Shown here in pieces: positions 25,608-39,186 of a DNA stretch of 64,000 nt. Position numbers and translations under genes: made by a program. Positions within the stretch are counted from its first letter, which is position 1; every line of letters starts with the position of its first letter. Source of the stretch: Podarcis vaucheri (taxonomy: Eukaryota); NCBI GenBank assembly GCA_965113315.1, contig OZ220368.1; one strand, written 5' to 3'. Under the pieces are notes generated by a model. That model was not told the DNA's origin, did no database searches, and saw nothing but the letters and a program-made list of their open reading frames with translations.

Positions 25608-25701
25608 TACCATCCAAAGTTTCATTCTTATTTGCTATAGCAATTAGTAGAACACAAGATTTCAGCTATAGCTTGGTTATAAACAGACTCACAGTCACAT
25701 A

Positions 25702-25744
25702 AAAAGGCGAAAGATTTATACGATCTGAAGAGAAACCAGAGTAT
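25702..25744 (-). pseudogene. RNU5: 3'-truncated U5 snRNA retropseudogene (about nt 1-43)
   Basis: Reverse complement reads ATACTCTGGTTTCTCTTCAGATCGTATAAATCTTTCGCCTTTT, the vertebrate U5 5' end up to loop I; 16-bp TSD cacagtcacataaaaa (25690-25705, 25745-25760). Confidence 0.9.
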
Positions 25745-25848
25745 CACAGTCACATAAAAAGCTGGGCCAAACAGTTCCAGCTCTTAGGAAGAGCTCACTC
25801 CAAATAAAGTGTTCTTAAGCCTACCTTATACCCACAGACTTCTAAGTA

Positions 25849-26095
25849 CAGTCATACCTTGGGTTACAGATGCTTCAGGTTGTGTGTTTTCAGGTTGCAC
25901 ACCACGCCAAACCCAGAAGTAAAGGAACGGGTTACTTCTGGGTTTCGGTGCTCACGCATGCGCAGAAGCTCTAAATCACGCTTTGTGCATGCGCAGAAGC
26001 ACCACGTGTGCAGACGTGACGCTGTGGGTTGCAAAAGCTGTGGGTTGTGAATGTGCCTCCTGCACGGATCACATTCGCAACCTGAGCATCCACTG
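25849..26095. mobile_element. Tc1/mariner (Tigger-like) MITE
   Basis: TA-cagt...cactg-TA; same family as 52296-52533. Confidence 0.8.
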
Positions 26096-26239
26096 TAGTC
26101 AAGGATCTGCTGCCAGTCCAAGAGAGCAGCCTATAAGGAAAGTGTGAGACAGTAATGGCTATGGAACAACCTGCTATATTTTCTTTTGTGATCTGAATCT
26201 TTAGCATTCTTCGCCAAAGATGTTTCTTTAAGTTCTAAA

Positions 26240-27105
26240 TAGTGTTTGGAGGCGGTTGGAGGATGGATGGTGGCTAACAACTTGAGGTTGGATCCCAACA
26301 ATTCAGAAGTATTGTTTCTAGGGAACAGAGAACAGGCAGGTGTGGGGGACTCCCTGGTCCTGAATGGGGTAACTGTGCCCCTGAAGGACCAGGTGCGCAG
26401 CCTGAGTGTCATTTTGGACTCACAACTGTCCATGGAGTCACAGGTTAATTCTGTGCCCAGGGTGGCTGTCTACCAGCTCCATCTCGTATGCCAGCTGAGA
26501 CCCTACTTGCCTGCGCACTGTCTTGCCAGAGTGGGGCGTGCTCTGGTTATCTTCTGCTTGGACTACTGCAATGCGCTCTACATGGGGCTACATTTGAAGG
26601 TGACTCAGAAACTACAACTAATCCAGAATGCGGCAGCTAGACTGGTGACTGGGAACAGCTGCCGAGACCACATAACACCGGTCTTGAAAGACCTACATTG
26701 GCTCCCAGTACGTTTCCGAGCACAATTCAGAAGTGTTGGTGCTGACCTTTAAAGCCCTAAACGGCCTCAGTCCAGTATACCTGAAGGAGCATCTCCACCC
26801 CCATCGTTCAGCCTGGACACCGGGGTCCAGTGCTGAGGGCCTTCTGGCGGTTCCCTCCCTGCGAGAAGCCAAGTTACAGGGAACCAGGCAGAGGGCCTTC
26901 TCAGTAGTGGCACCCGACCTGTGGAACGCCCTCCCACCAGATGTCAAAGAGAAAAACAACTACCAGATTTTTAGAAGACATCTGAGGGCAGACCTGTTTA
27001 GGGAAGCTTTTATTGTTTAATAGACTATTGTATTTTAATATTCTGTTGGAAGCCGCCCAGAGTGGCTGGGGAAACCCAGCCAGATGGGTGGGGTATAAAT
27101 AAATG

Positions 27106-27138
<33 letters not shown>
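26240..27138 (+). mobile_element. L2 LINE 3' fragment with (ATT)n tail
   Basis: ORF2: WMVANNLRL...LDYCNALY...LQLIQNAAARLV...LHWLPV, followed by 3' UTR. Confidence 0.92.
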
Positions 27139-27140
<2 letters not shown>

Positions 27141-27770
27141 GTTCAAGTCAGAAAATTTAGAATATAAACAGCATTTCTATAAAAAGTTTCAAGATGGTCC
27201 AAAAGAGAGCAAAAGTAATCAATTTGCCTAATTTATTTTTCAGAGGCCACTCTCTATAGTGTTGATTATGGTCTAATACCTCAGCTAATCTACCCAATCT
27301 GTTTTTATAGCTTTTGCTTCTAACAGAACGAAAGAACAGCAAGATGGGCTTTTTATTTTAAGCACTCTAACAGAAACATTTGAATTCCACAGTTAATAAA
27401 ACGGTGTAATGTTTCAGATGACTATTTTCTTACAGTCCCAGACAGGCTTTTATAAGGCATGACTAACCACTAGAATGTGGATCAGTCCCTAAATGCTCTG
27501 CATTGTTTCAGACTGACCACTCTAGCTTCAACCTGAAATTAGGGTTACCAGGTCTCCTGAGATTCAGACTAAGGATTAAGGGAACCAAGCCTGAAGGCTG
27601 TAGGGTCATGACCAACAGATGTACAGCCTAACAGTAAGTATCTAATGGTGGGAGACTGAAGAGCCTATCTGTGCTGGATAACTCAGGATACAAGAGCAAA
27701 TCACAACACTTCTTAAGCCAAGGGGGAGGCAGCTCCCACCTGAAATTTTACTCTTTCCCTTGGAGATGCA

Positions 27771-27771
27771 A

Positions 27772-27819
<48 letters not shown>

Positions 27820-27820
27820 A
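27771..27820. repeat. (GAAA)n microsatellite
   Basis: Read directly from the sequence. Confidence 0.95.
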
Positions 27821-29887
27821 ATTTCATGTCAAAGATTGATTACTCTTCCTGGAGCCGCATACTAGAAATTTTACAACCACAGTGCCCTAAAGATAAGCAG
27901 ATACAGGCAAATTACAAGTCCCAATTTACTGCAAAACAAACAAACAAAATCCTGAGAGTTCTTTCAGTGGCACCCTTGAAGTAATCTAGTCCAAATTCTA
28001 AAACCAGATTCTCTGTGATGTGCAGGAGTTGTATTCAATGTAGAGCTAAGGTGTACATTTCATCAGCACAAGAGTTTCTCCTTGTGCAGTAGAACACGCT
28101 TCCCCTCTCCCACCCATGTGTGCCTCCTAAATATGTTATAGGGGTTCCACTAACCATCCATAGCAAATTTGGGGTTGGCAGAGGGCATACATGGGCAGCA
28201 GAGGAGGAAATCTCCTTGCACTAGTGCAAAATGTCAGTTGAATACCACCCCCAGATTTGCTGTAAGACCAGGTCTACACGTGCAGCAGAATGGAACGCAC
28301 CACTTCAGACTGCAGGTAAGGAATGTAATTTTCTAATGGTTCCTCGCGGGAAGGAACCCTACTATGCCAGGAAGAAAGGTTCTAGCCCAGCCCACACTTT
28401 ATGGTGCTGGTATTCTAATTGCAGGGAGATGGGGCAGGTTAATGCAAAAGAGCATTATAAAAATGTGATTCCCTCATTCCACCAATTCGGAACGTTAAAC
28501 AAGTCTCAGGTCCATGAGTTTCAGGCTCAGATGAAGAGATAACTCCGAAACAACAACAAAAATTAGCTGGCAATAACACATGAATTCTTGAGGTTTTTTT
28601 AAATGTACTTTTATTTTATAATTACTGTATGCCACATTGTGGGTTTCCTTGTACAGAAAAAGCAGCTTATACTTTTTAAGTAAAAGAAAGCTATTCAATT
28701 TTAGGTTGAGGCTCATCCCTCAGAAAGGGAGATGCAGTTAGTTGCCTCTTACTCACTTGGGATGTTTACAGAGTTCTTTCCAAGAACTGCTGGACAAGTG
28801 AAGCTGGAATTTACTCTGTTTTCCCACCAAGCCCGATGGCAAAAATGGAATGAAAGCAAACAAGGTGACTGACAATAGCTGTTTTTTCTAATCAGCCAAG
28901 CACAACCAAGCCAGCTCTCCACAGTGACTTAAGCTCCAAGTTGGATGGGTCATCCTATATATCTTGGCAGGGAGTTTGGGCAATATTCCTAGGAAACCTA
29001 GTGTCTGTGCAGTGGTCTGGCTACAACCCACACTCAAATTCCCACTGGCCTCAAATCCTTTTTCATTAAATAGTTGATTGCATAAACAAACTTTTAGTGT
29101 CAAAGCAAACTTAGCATGATATGATTGCTTGTTTTGCATTTGCCAAACGCAGAAGGGACACAGAGCTGATTCACATAAAATGCCAAGAAAACCATTAAAG
29201 CCATAAAATGTGTTCTACTCACAAACACCTCATTACACGTGCTGTTAAGTGTGCCTACCAAATCAAGCATGAAGCTGATTGTACTGAGCATGAAACAGAT
29301 CATAAAATCTGCTCCAAAGGATGGTGGTGCAGGATTCAGATTTACCTTTCACATCAGGCACAAATCTCTATCTTTAAGACCCTCTATCCTTGAAAAAATA
29401 AGGAAGAGTCACAAACATGGATCATAAATAGTCATACACAACATGGACCACAAGGTTACTGAAAAGTGGTGTGGGAGAGAGGGAAGCAGCAGCAGTTGGT
29501 TTGAAAGGCAGATATACAGAAGCTTTTCCAATCTTCAGGGTGGGGGGTGGAGAGGGCAAGAGGACAAAAAAGGAACAGTATGGCAGAAAGCCCGTAAAAA
29601 GGAGAGATTAAAAACAACAGAAAGTGTTTGAGGGTACAGAAGGAGCAAGCAGAGGGGATGGGGGGGTGGTAGAATTGGAGGAAGGAGCCTGATTGTGGAA
29701 TGTTCTTCCCAGAGAGCCTTACCTGGCACCTACTTTAAGATTTTTCCAGGACAGGTGAAGATCTCTTTATTCCTCAAAAAAAGGTTAATGCTTTTTTTTT
29801 TTTAAAGTACAATTCTTATTCCCCATCACTGGTTTTATTCTGCTGCTGTATTATTCTGTTTTAGATTTTAATGTCTATTTTACAATT

Positions 29888-29892
29888 GTCTG

Positions 29893-29937
<45 letters not shown>
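29888..29937. repeat. (TCTA)n microsatellite
   Basis: Read directly from the sequence. Confidence 0.95.
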
Positions 29938-31116
29938 GCAAGCCACCCAGAAACTTTATCACTCATGATAAAAAAGTTGTAAACCAATGAATTTCAGGTT
30001 ACACAAAGTCATGTCAACATACAGAAGCAAACATGTCTCACTTAACTTGAATAATTGAAAAGAGAAAGCAACGTGTACTCTTTTTGTATCCCAGGAATGG
30101 GGTGGAGGGCCTTGAAGATATAGACTAATAACTTGATGCTGATGTGGAAGGAACAGAAGAGTAAAACAATTTAAAAACAAGAGAAAGTTTTACTGGACAA
30201 ATAGGGGCTCTCTCTTTACACATTTCATCTTTCCCAAGAAACACCTTTAAATGTTTTAATATTAAAGAGGTATGCCTTAAAACAAGCTGTATGTGGGTAT
30301 GCAAGAATTGTGAGGTAAACTCTGCCAATGTCATCCCTCGCCCCCAACAAGCACTTCAAGACACCAGCAAGAACTTCCTGATCCCTGTACTCTTCCTTCT
30401 CCTGTATCTCTGGCACCAGGAGAGCACTAAGGAAGTACAATTCACACACATCACCCTTTCTGTCATTCCTGGAATGGGGCTGAGGACAAGTGGCAGCCAC
30501 AACAAACAAGAGGTTGGGACAGGCACATCAGCAGAAGCAGAGAGAGATTTAAAAGGTGCCCCTAGCCAGTAATACCCAATTCCTGGGTGCTGACACCAAC
30601 CACTTCCATCACATAGCTAAATGCTTGGCCAACTTCCATGAAAACTGCTGGGAATGCCTTCTCTCATCTGCTAAATCCCAGATTCAAAGCAGAGGGAGGC
30701 AAGAACAAATTGGTTTTGTTTTTTCATGCAGTTGTCCAATTTTCAAAAGAAAGATACATGAAATAAAACAGAAGTCCTTCCTGTTCTCATTTGAAGAAGA
30801 GGCAGCTGTTCAAGATGTCGTGGTTGTTTTGACTCCAAGTTCTCCAATTATATCCCAGGAGTAGATCAGCCTCGCAGTTCCATCTCAATGTGCCAGAAAC
30901 AAAGCACAGCACCTGCAGAAACGTTCTTGCTCCCTTCCCTTTCATCCCTACCCAGCCACACGCACTTAAGGCAAAAGGAAGCAGCCTTGCTTTCATAAAC
31001 CTTTTTTTGGGGGGGTATTGGTTATGCTACAACCAGCTGCCAACTGGGAACGGGCAGCGTGATCTCAGGCACCCACAGCGCCAAAGCACCCAGGTGGTCC
31101 ACAGAGCACCCCAAAG

Positions 31117-31250
31117 TAAGGCTACCAGATTTTTTCCAATGAATCCGGGGACACTTTTCAACTTCCTACTAAATAGATGGGATTTTGTCAGGGGACTGAT
31201 TTGTAAATCCGGGGACTGTCCCCAGGAAACAAGGACGTCTGGTAACCTTA
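31117..31250. mobile_element. hAT (Blackjack-like) MITE
   Basis: TIRs taaggctaccaga / tctggtaacctta; perfect 8-bp TSD ccccaaag; internal ccggggac subterminal repeats. Confidence 0.85.
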
Positions 31251-32121
31251 CCCCAAAGAGCTCCAGAACTGAACCACTACAGAAGAAAAGGCAAATTCAG
31301 CTTTTGAACCCATTCACATGATGCTGACTGCTGTGGACCTTATGGAGGTCAATCTAAGGGTAGACACAGGAATGCATCTTTCACAGAGCTATTTTTCACT
31401 GCAGAAGCTGCAGTTGATAATGGGGATAAATAAGATCTTCCTCTTGGCTTTTCCTTGTTGGCATTCCTGGCATAATTCCAGAGCATTGTTTAAAATTTTG
31501 GTACTATTTTATGGGTGGTTTTTGATCATGTCATTGTCAACTGTTCCTCAATCTCTTGCCATGGTGCAGCCTACAACATTTATTGGAATGGGGGGAGGAG
31601 AGGTTATGGGGCTGTGGCTGGAAGCCACATCAATGAACCACCCATGAGAAGAAGCAACACCTGTTTTACTGAAACTGCTCTGTGCTCCATGTATGAGAGA
31701 TGTTGGTGTCAAGGAGTATGAAAAACTAATACAATATTTTGTTGGGCTTAATATGAAAGCTTTCAGATCACACAGAATTATATCTGAAACAGAATATAGC
31801 ACTTCTGTTTTTCTTGGGTCAATCTACCACACATCAGCTTAAGAGGCAGACCTACCAAAGGCACATTCTTTATAAAAATGTGCTTTGCTTCACAAGTCTT
31901 GTGCTATCCTTATGCTATATTTTAATTTTACAGGGACAGAACTTTTATCCACAGGAAAAAAGTGACACTAACCCCAGATTTAAGTCCCCAATATTCTATC
32001 ATGTCTGGATTACATAGCATCCTACAAAACTGAAAATACTTTTGGACATCTACACTTAAGCACAACAAAGAGCTTCCAAACTGATTTCAATGCAGATTGC
32101 ATGCATGAGAAGAGCTCTATA

Positions 32122-32395
32122 CCGTATCTTTCCATGTATAAGACAATGATTTTGGGGGGTTGTCTTATACATGGATGGTGAATGCACAGAGGTATGAGCA
32201 TGGGCTCTGGTGTGGGCAGCCTGGCCTTGGGTTTGGGCAACCCTAACTTTAGCCAACTTCCCTCAAGAAAGCTCAACAACTTTGGGTGACCTCCCCAAAA
32301 AGCTCAAAGTTGTTCTCTTTGATGTTTAAATTTTGGGTTCAAATAAATAGGGGTTGTCTTATACATGCGGGCGCCTTATACACAGAAAAATACAA
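32122..32395. mobile_element. Tc1/mariner-type MITE
   Basis: TIRs ccgtatctttccatgtataagac / gccttatacacagaaaaatacaa; flanking TA. Confidence 0.75.
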
Positions 32396-33631
32396 TAATT
32401 AAGGAGATCTATTCTTTTAGCCAGCAGGAGGTGCTGTGATACAGGAAAATTGACACACCCCTAACTGCTGCACCTGGATTTTTATAGATGCTGTCTGTTG
32501 TGTAATTGTAGACTTGGCAAAACACATGGTTCCAAATTGCATGGGAGGGGAATGGCTTCATCTGTATGGAATTAGCTCTTAAAAGAAAAATCAGCTGTAC
32601 GCAAGAGAAACCTACAGCTTGCCTGGTGCTAAGTGTGCTTAACCAACGTACAATGATCTTCTTAGTGAGATCAATACTTCAAATTGTACACAAGGGAGCC
32701 AGACAAAATGCAGCTGGAAATGGTCAAAAACACAATTGTCGACTTATGCAGTCAATGTGTAAAGTCATGTAAGGATACTGGTGCATTCCCACCAAATGAC
32801 TGCAGTGGGGGCGAAGGAGGAAAATCTTACAGTGCTGGAGAAGCAGCACAATCTTCATAAACATTTTCTCTCTTTGTAGGTCTATAGAAAGTAGTTCCTG
32901 TACATATTGTACCAGTTTCATTTATCAAAAATGACATTATTAGACATCTCTAAGGAGCTTGCTTGGAAAATGAAGAAGTGAACAGCTTTTCAATTTATTC
33001 CTGCCCATACATTTCAGTATCGTCAACCATACTCGGAGCCAGAATTAAGGTTGTATTGGAGTTATCAAACAGTATTTTTGATGGGGGGAGGTGGGTGAAA
33101 CAGGGTAAAAATCCCCCCTGTGCCACCCTTATTCTCATTTTATAGGTACAGAGCAGTAGAAAGGTGGCACTTGAGCCCACAACCCTCCATTATGTCTGGA
33201 TTGCAGGTTCTTAGGAATAGCAGAGGCTGGCATGGTAGCGTGGGTGGGTGGGCTACACGCCACTGCCCGTTACTGAGGGGGTGGTGAAGGCAGCAGGTAG
33301 CTCAGTGCAGGGCAGCAATGCAGCCCCACCAGTACCGACATGCTGGCAACCACTGCTTAGAAAACTGAACACGCTTTTATGCACAACTAAAAGCTTTCAA
33401 AACTGATGACAGCACAAGTATCAGAATGCATGTGAAAAGCTGAAATATGCTCAAGGCTTCCATTCCTGCCTTCTGGGGTGCCAGAACCTAAAAGAAGATT
33501 CTGCTAAATCTGACTGGAGTGCGCTCATCAGCTGCAAATTAAGATACAACGTGGTGGCGTCCCTGATGCACAACTCTCCCCACCTGTCTTTGCAGCTTTC
33601 ATCAAAATGCATTGGACTGCAGCCACACTAA

Positions 33632-33995
33632 AAAGGTAAAGGTACCCCTGCCCGTACGGGCCAGTCGTGTCTGACTCTAGGGTTGTGCGCCCATCTCACT
33701 TAAGAGGCCGGGGGCCAGCGCTGTCCGGAGACACTTCCGGGTCACGTGGCCAGCGTGACAAAGCTGCAGCTGGTGAGCCAGCACCAGCGCAGCACACAGA
33801 AACGCCGTTTACCTCCCCGCTATACAGCGGTACCTATTTATCTACTTGCACTTGGGGGTGCTTTTGAACTGCTAGGTGGGCAGGAGCTGGGACCGAAAGA
33901 CGGGAGCTCACCCCGCCGCGGGGATTCGAAACGCCGACCATGCGATTGGCAAGCCCTAGGCACTGAGGTTTTACCCACAGCGCCACCCGTGTCCC
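33632..33995 (-). mobile_element. Sauria SINE
   Basis: Head and tail intact; 14-bp TSD tgcagccacactaa. Confidence 0.92.
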
Positions 33996-34072
33996 TTACC
34001 CGTGCAGCCACACTAACACACATTAAAAAGCATGGAATGATTATATGAAGTCATTAGAGATAGTACTCACTA

Positions 34073-34313
34073 CAGTGGTACCTCGGTTTACGAACTTAAT
34101 CTGTTCCGGAAGCCCGTTCTTAAACCGAAACCATTCTTAAACCAATATGTGCTTTCCCTAATGAGGCTTCCTGCCACCTGTGCCCTTCCACCATTCGGAT
34201 TCCGTTCTTAGACCGAGGTAAAGTTTGCAAACCGGGACACTATTTCTGGTTTTGTGGAGTTCGTAAACCAAATCGTTCTTAAACAGGACTGTTCTTAAAC
34301 CGAGATACCACTG
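34073..34313. mobile_element. Tc1/mariner (Tigger-like) MITE
   Basis: TIRs cagtggtacctcggttta / taaaccgagataccactg; TA TSD. Confidence 0.88.
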
Positions 34314-34886
34314 TAAACTTAATCCAGCCCCAACTCCATCTTGAAGTTCTCTGCTACAGAGATTCTTTCAGCTACTCTATTTCCTGCCACTTCTACAAAA
34401 GTAGAACAACAAGGAATTATGAATCTGAGGGTTGAAAATTCATGAGGCATTGAGGAAGATGGCCAGTATGTTAAGCAGAATAGAAGATCTTTGAGAAATC
34501 ATTTCCCTTCTTGATGAAACTAATCTCTGATTTTGTACTTTTAATAATATCTAAATATGTCTCGCAGATATATTCTGCACCTTGGAAAATCGATTTCTGG
34601 AACAAACTCCCAGGCACTTGAGAACAATTGCTTTATGTCTTTAGTATTAATGACCCTAGAAATCTAAATTATATAATCTGATCTCCCCCTGGAACAGATT
34701 TCAACTGAAAAGCACACAACAATAAAACAAACCAATTTCTGCTTAAGTATTACACTTTGATCTCTTAAGCACTGCACCTATAAATTCCCTTTCTTTGCAC
34801 AATATGAAATTATTAATATGAAAATCCACACACTACAGCTAATTTTACAAATGCTCATAATCTTTCCTCATTTGAGGACTCTGACC

Positions 34887-34955
34887 CATAGAACTGTATA
34901 GCTGGAAGGGACCCTGAGGATCATCTAGTCCAACCCCCTGAAATGCAGAAATCTT
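34887..34955 (-). mobile_element. CR1-type 3' tail (CR1 or Squam3 fragment)
   Basis: Reverse complement of gggggttggactagatgatcctcagggtcccttcca...ttctatg. Confidence 0.7.
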
Positions 34956-35039
34956 TTTTCCACACATAGGGCTTGAGTTGGCCCTGCTCTTCTTTTAAAA
35001 GTTGCCTATATGTTGCCCAATTTCCCCCCATATTTTTCT

Positions 35040-35733
35040 TTTTGACTGAGATTACTTCCAAGAGTGATACCCATCACGGTGTTTTGGGCTCTAACAACTT
35101 TTGGTACCTTGTCCAAACTTTATATAGTGAATTCCTGATTGTATGATTTAGGAACTCTTTATGAACCACAACTTTGTTGTAAACTAAATATGCATGCCAG
35201 TTGTATCTATTATTCCAACCCTCTAGATTTCAAATGCCTGTGTTGTCCAGCATAATCCACTCCTTAATCCGGCAAAAGCATGCGGCTTCATAATAAATTC
35301 TTAAATCCAGAAGAGCAAAACCTCCCTGTTCCAATTTATCTGTTAATAACTTATATTTAATATACAGCTTTTTACCCTGCCAGATAAATTTTGTTAAGTC
35401 CATTTTCCATTTATTAAAACAATCAATTTACCAACTAAACCGGCAGAGAGGGACTGAGAGAGATTTGAAGGCCTCGGACGTGAGGAATCCAGGCTAAGAA
35501 CTGATATTATGGACATATTTTGGGGATTGAAACCGGGAAAGGGGGCGGAGAGTTTTTGAATCCAAAGGGTGCATAATTTTATGTTGTTTTTTTGTTAGTA
35601 TGTTTAGTAATTATTATAAAATTGGGAAATCTGTGGAAGGGAATTTGGGTCGACCTTAGAAAAAGACGTAAAAGATTAGTATTATGAATTAATTGAGGTA
35701 TAAGTTAAATTTGGTTAATGAAGAATTTAGTTA

Positions 35734-35782
<49 letters not shown>

Positions 35783-36745
35783 TAAAGGTGGGAGATAAGA
35801 ACTTGCTGAGTTAACTATTGGAATTAGGATGTATGAGGGGGAGGTGTGGGGAAGTCAGGGAAAGTGGTTAAGAAAGTAAGGATTTGACATTATGCATGTT
35901 TGTGTTCGTGGTTGTGTGTCTGTGTTGTGTATTGTGTGTTTATATAAAATCTGAAAACCCAATAAAAATTTTATTAAAAAAATAATATTAAAACAATCAA
36001 TTTCCCCTATTATGGGGATCATTTGAAAAAGGATCAATAATTTATTTTTATTGCTAAAATTCTACCCCATAGTGTCAGTTTCAATCTTGCCCAGATTTCC
36101 GTATCTCTTTTTATCTCCTTCCAAATTTTGTTGTAATTATCTTCAAAGTGATTTATATTTTTCATTGTCACCTGAATTGCTAAATATTTAACTTTTTTTA
36201 CAATTTGTAGATCTGTTTTTTCTTGTAGTTCCTTTTTCTCCTGATCTCCCATATTTTTAACCATTAATTTCGTTTTCTCTTTATTAAGTTTAAAACCTAA
36301 ACTTTGCTGAAATCTGGCATTTTTTCAAGGATTTTAATGATACTCTCTTCTGGGTTCTCAATCATTAAAATTAAACCATCCGCAAATGCCCTTAATTTGT
36401 ATGATTTGTTACATAAAGTTTATTTCCTGATCACTTAGAATGTCATGATTAAGTATTTCCAAAATTAGAATGAATAATAAAGGAGAAAGTGAGCATCCCT
36501 GCCTAGTCCCTTTTTCTATATTAAAATAATTCTGTCATGTCATTATTAATTATCAAGTTTGCTTTTTGCCCTTTGTAAATTGCCTTTATTCCTCTTGTTC
36601 CCCCATATCCATCTGGTCTATAATTTCCCCCAGGAATTTCCATGATAAGTTATCGAATGCGTTCTCTGCATCCACAAACATGAAGGCCACTTTTTTGTTT
36701 GGTTTCATATCTAAATATTCAATTGCATCTATAACTACTTATTTG
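35040..36745 (-). mobile_element. Decayed L1 ORF2 (RT region), interrupted by a second insertion
   Basis: DAENAFD, GTRQGCSLSP, AFADG, VKYL and LTLWGRI motifs, with stops and frameshifts. Confidence 0.85.
35430..35985 (+). mobile_element. L1-type 3' UTR insertion nested in L1; contains (TAA)n
   Basis: Ends aataaa...aaaaaaa; 18-bp TSD tattaaaacaatcaattt (35412-35429, 35986-36003). Confidence 0.75.
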
Positions 36746-37425
36746 GATATTTGGATATAACTATATCTAGTTAATATTTTAATTTATCTAAAACAATTTC
36801 CAACCATTTTTTCAAACATACATTCATACAATAGGGTTTGAACAAAAATATATTTTAACACAGATTTTTAAAACTGTTTGATAACATGCTTTAAAATTGT
36901 TTTATAACATGCTGCTAAAACAAAGCCTGCTCCAGACTCACAAGCATGGATGGAACATGGCAGGATGTAAACGTACAAGATTGATTAAACTCCCCACTCT
37001 AAAATGTGAAAAGGAAAACTGCACATCAGTCAGGAATTACCCCAGGTCCCAACCAAATGCACACCCCATCTACACTTTTACCCAGTCACAGATGTTGGCA
37101 AGCATTATCATTACCTGTTTAAAACTAGGCAACTAGGCATTATGCTTCAGCAACTAGCAGGCCTGTTGGCTAATGTTTTATGGTGGTGAATCTAAAGCTA
37201 CATTGGGATGGAGGCAGCTATCACACCTGTAAGGCAGGAAAGGTCTATACAATTAAAAATGTTATTTTATTCAATAAGTTTAAGAATGTAAAATTTGTGC
37301 CTAGTGCTAATCATCAGCCAGAACAAAAGGCAGGAGTTTTACTTTTTGCTAAGGAACTGGGCAGGATACAAGGAACAAGCACATAGGCTATATTTCCATA
37401 AAAGGTGGTCTAAGACTTGTTTTAG

Positions 37426-37776
37426 GGGACACGGGTGGCGCTGTGGGTAAAACCTCAGTGCCTAGGACTTGCTGATCATATGGTCGGTGGTTCGAATCCC
37501 CGCGGCGGGGTGAGCTCCCGTCGTTCGGTCCCAGCTCCTGTCCACCTAGCAGTTTGAAAGCACCCTTAAGTGCAAGTAGATAAATAGGTACCGCTTTATA
37601 GCGGGAAGGTAACGGTGTTTCCGTGTGCTGCGCTGGTGCTGGCTTGCCAGAGCAGCTTTGTCACTCTGGCCACGTGACCCGGAAGTGTCTTCGGACGGCC
37701 TCTTGAGCGAGATGAGCACACAACCCTAGAGTCGGACACGACTGGCCTGTACGGGCAGGGGTACCTTTACCTTTAC
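37426..37776 (+). mobile_element. Sauria SINE
   Basis: Head and tail present; TSD acttgttt(t)agg. Confidence 0.9.
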
Positions 37777-38441
37777 AACTTGTTTAGGAATATTTCTAAG
37801 GAGGCAGGACTTGCAGCAGCATCTGACAGTGACTGTGTCCCTGCTTGTGTTGCATCTATTCTAGGACAATCGGTTAGGAGGGGAGGAAATTCATATGAAT
37901 ATGAAATTATTTCCTCAGATCATGCTCTGATGTCAGCAGAGCAAAAATATGTGCCACATAGCATTGGAGCTGCCTGCTTTTCATCTGCAAAAGGGAAAAA
38001 AAACATAGGCCCAACTGTTTCTGGAGTAAGAGAGAGACTATGAATTAGACAGGAAGAAACATACTTGTTTGGCTCCACTGAATGCCAACTGCTTTTTGTA
38101 ACTTTGTACATAAAAGATAATATTTCTTCTCCATTATCTGCCAATGAGAGAATGCCATAAGTCAACCTTGCCAGATCATTCAAGTTTGCCAATAACCAAT
38201 ACTTTTTTTAAAAAGAGCAATCCTTGCTATGAAGTTCCAGAGGGTTCTCAGAAATGTTTTATTAAATACAATGGCTTTTTTTCAAGCAATTCTGAATGAC
38301 TGGAAATGCCAAGTTTCTTAAAAACATTTTCTGCTCTGCAAACTCAAAATTACCACTCTTTTCTTCTTAGACTTTGAATTTTAACACTTTTAAAGCCCAA
38401 TTGTATGCTTAGAATAACAGAGCCACTGCATACAGGGTGAC

Positions 38442-38514
38442 TCCTGCTTGGCAGGGGGTTGGACTCGATGGCCCTTGTGGTCTCTTCCAACTCTATGATT
38501 CTATGATTCTATGA
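38442..38514 (+). mobile_element. CR1 extreme 3' end
   Basis: Matches the 3' end of the CR1 at 42460-42837; (ATTCTATG)n tail. Confidence 0.85.
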
Positions 38515-39186
38515 CTTTCTTCCAGAAAGTAGAGAGCTGTACAACAAGATGGTATAGGATGCGGGGAGGGGCAGAACTACTAGGACAAGCCCTCAAAGCC
38601 TTTTGGGGTGGCCCTCAACAAGATCTGATTTCCTCCCAAACTGCAGCCCTCCTGCTACCTTCCCAAAGTTGGATAAACAAGGTTTGGGAGGGAGGCATGA
38701 GGGTTCTGACAGGGCCCTAGAATTCTCCCTCCTCCTTCCCAAAGCCTATTTAGCATTTTCCAGCTTTGGAAAGAAAATGAAAGGGCTCTAGGACCCTGCA
38801 AGAGCCTTGCACCTTCTTCCCAAAGCCTGGTGCCTTACTTATCTAGCTTGGCAGGAGGTGTCAAATTTTGCCTTGCTCCTCCACCCACCACACAACAAGG
38901 CAGTGTGTGGCCCGCCAGTTCCGTGTCAAAGTACTCTTGCGGCCCACTTGGTATGAGACATCGGACCACCCTGTACTGGAACATGTGGGTGGACTGGACC
39001 GACTTGACTCTGAACATAGAATGCATCATTTTATTTGGGATCAAGGAAAACATTCTCCCTTAAGCAAAAAGAAACTGCAGTTACTTCTTGTGGTTTATTT
39101 GGAGGAAATAAAGCATGTGCCTAGGTTCAGACAACAGGACAAGCCGGATTCTGAACAGCAGACATCAGCACACTGCTTGCTCACAT

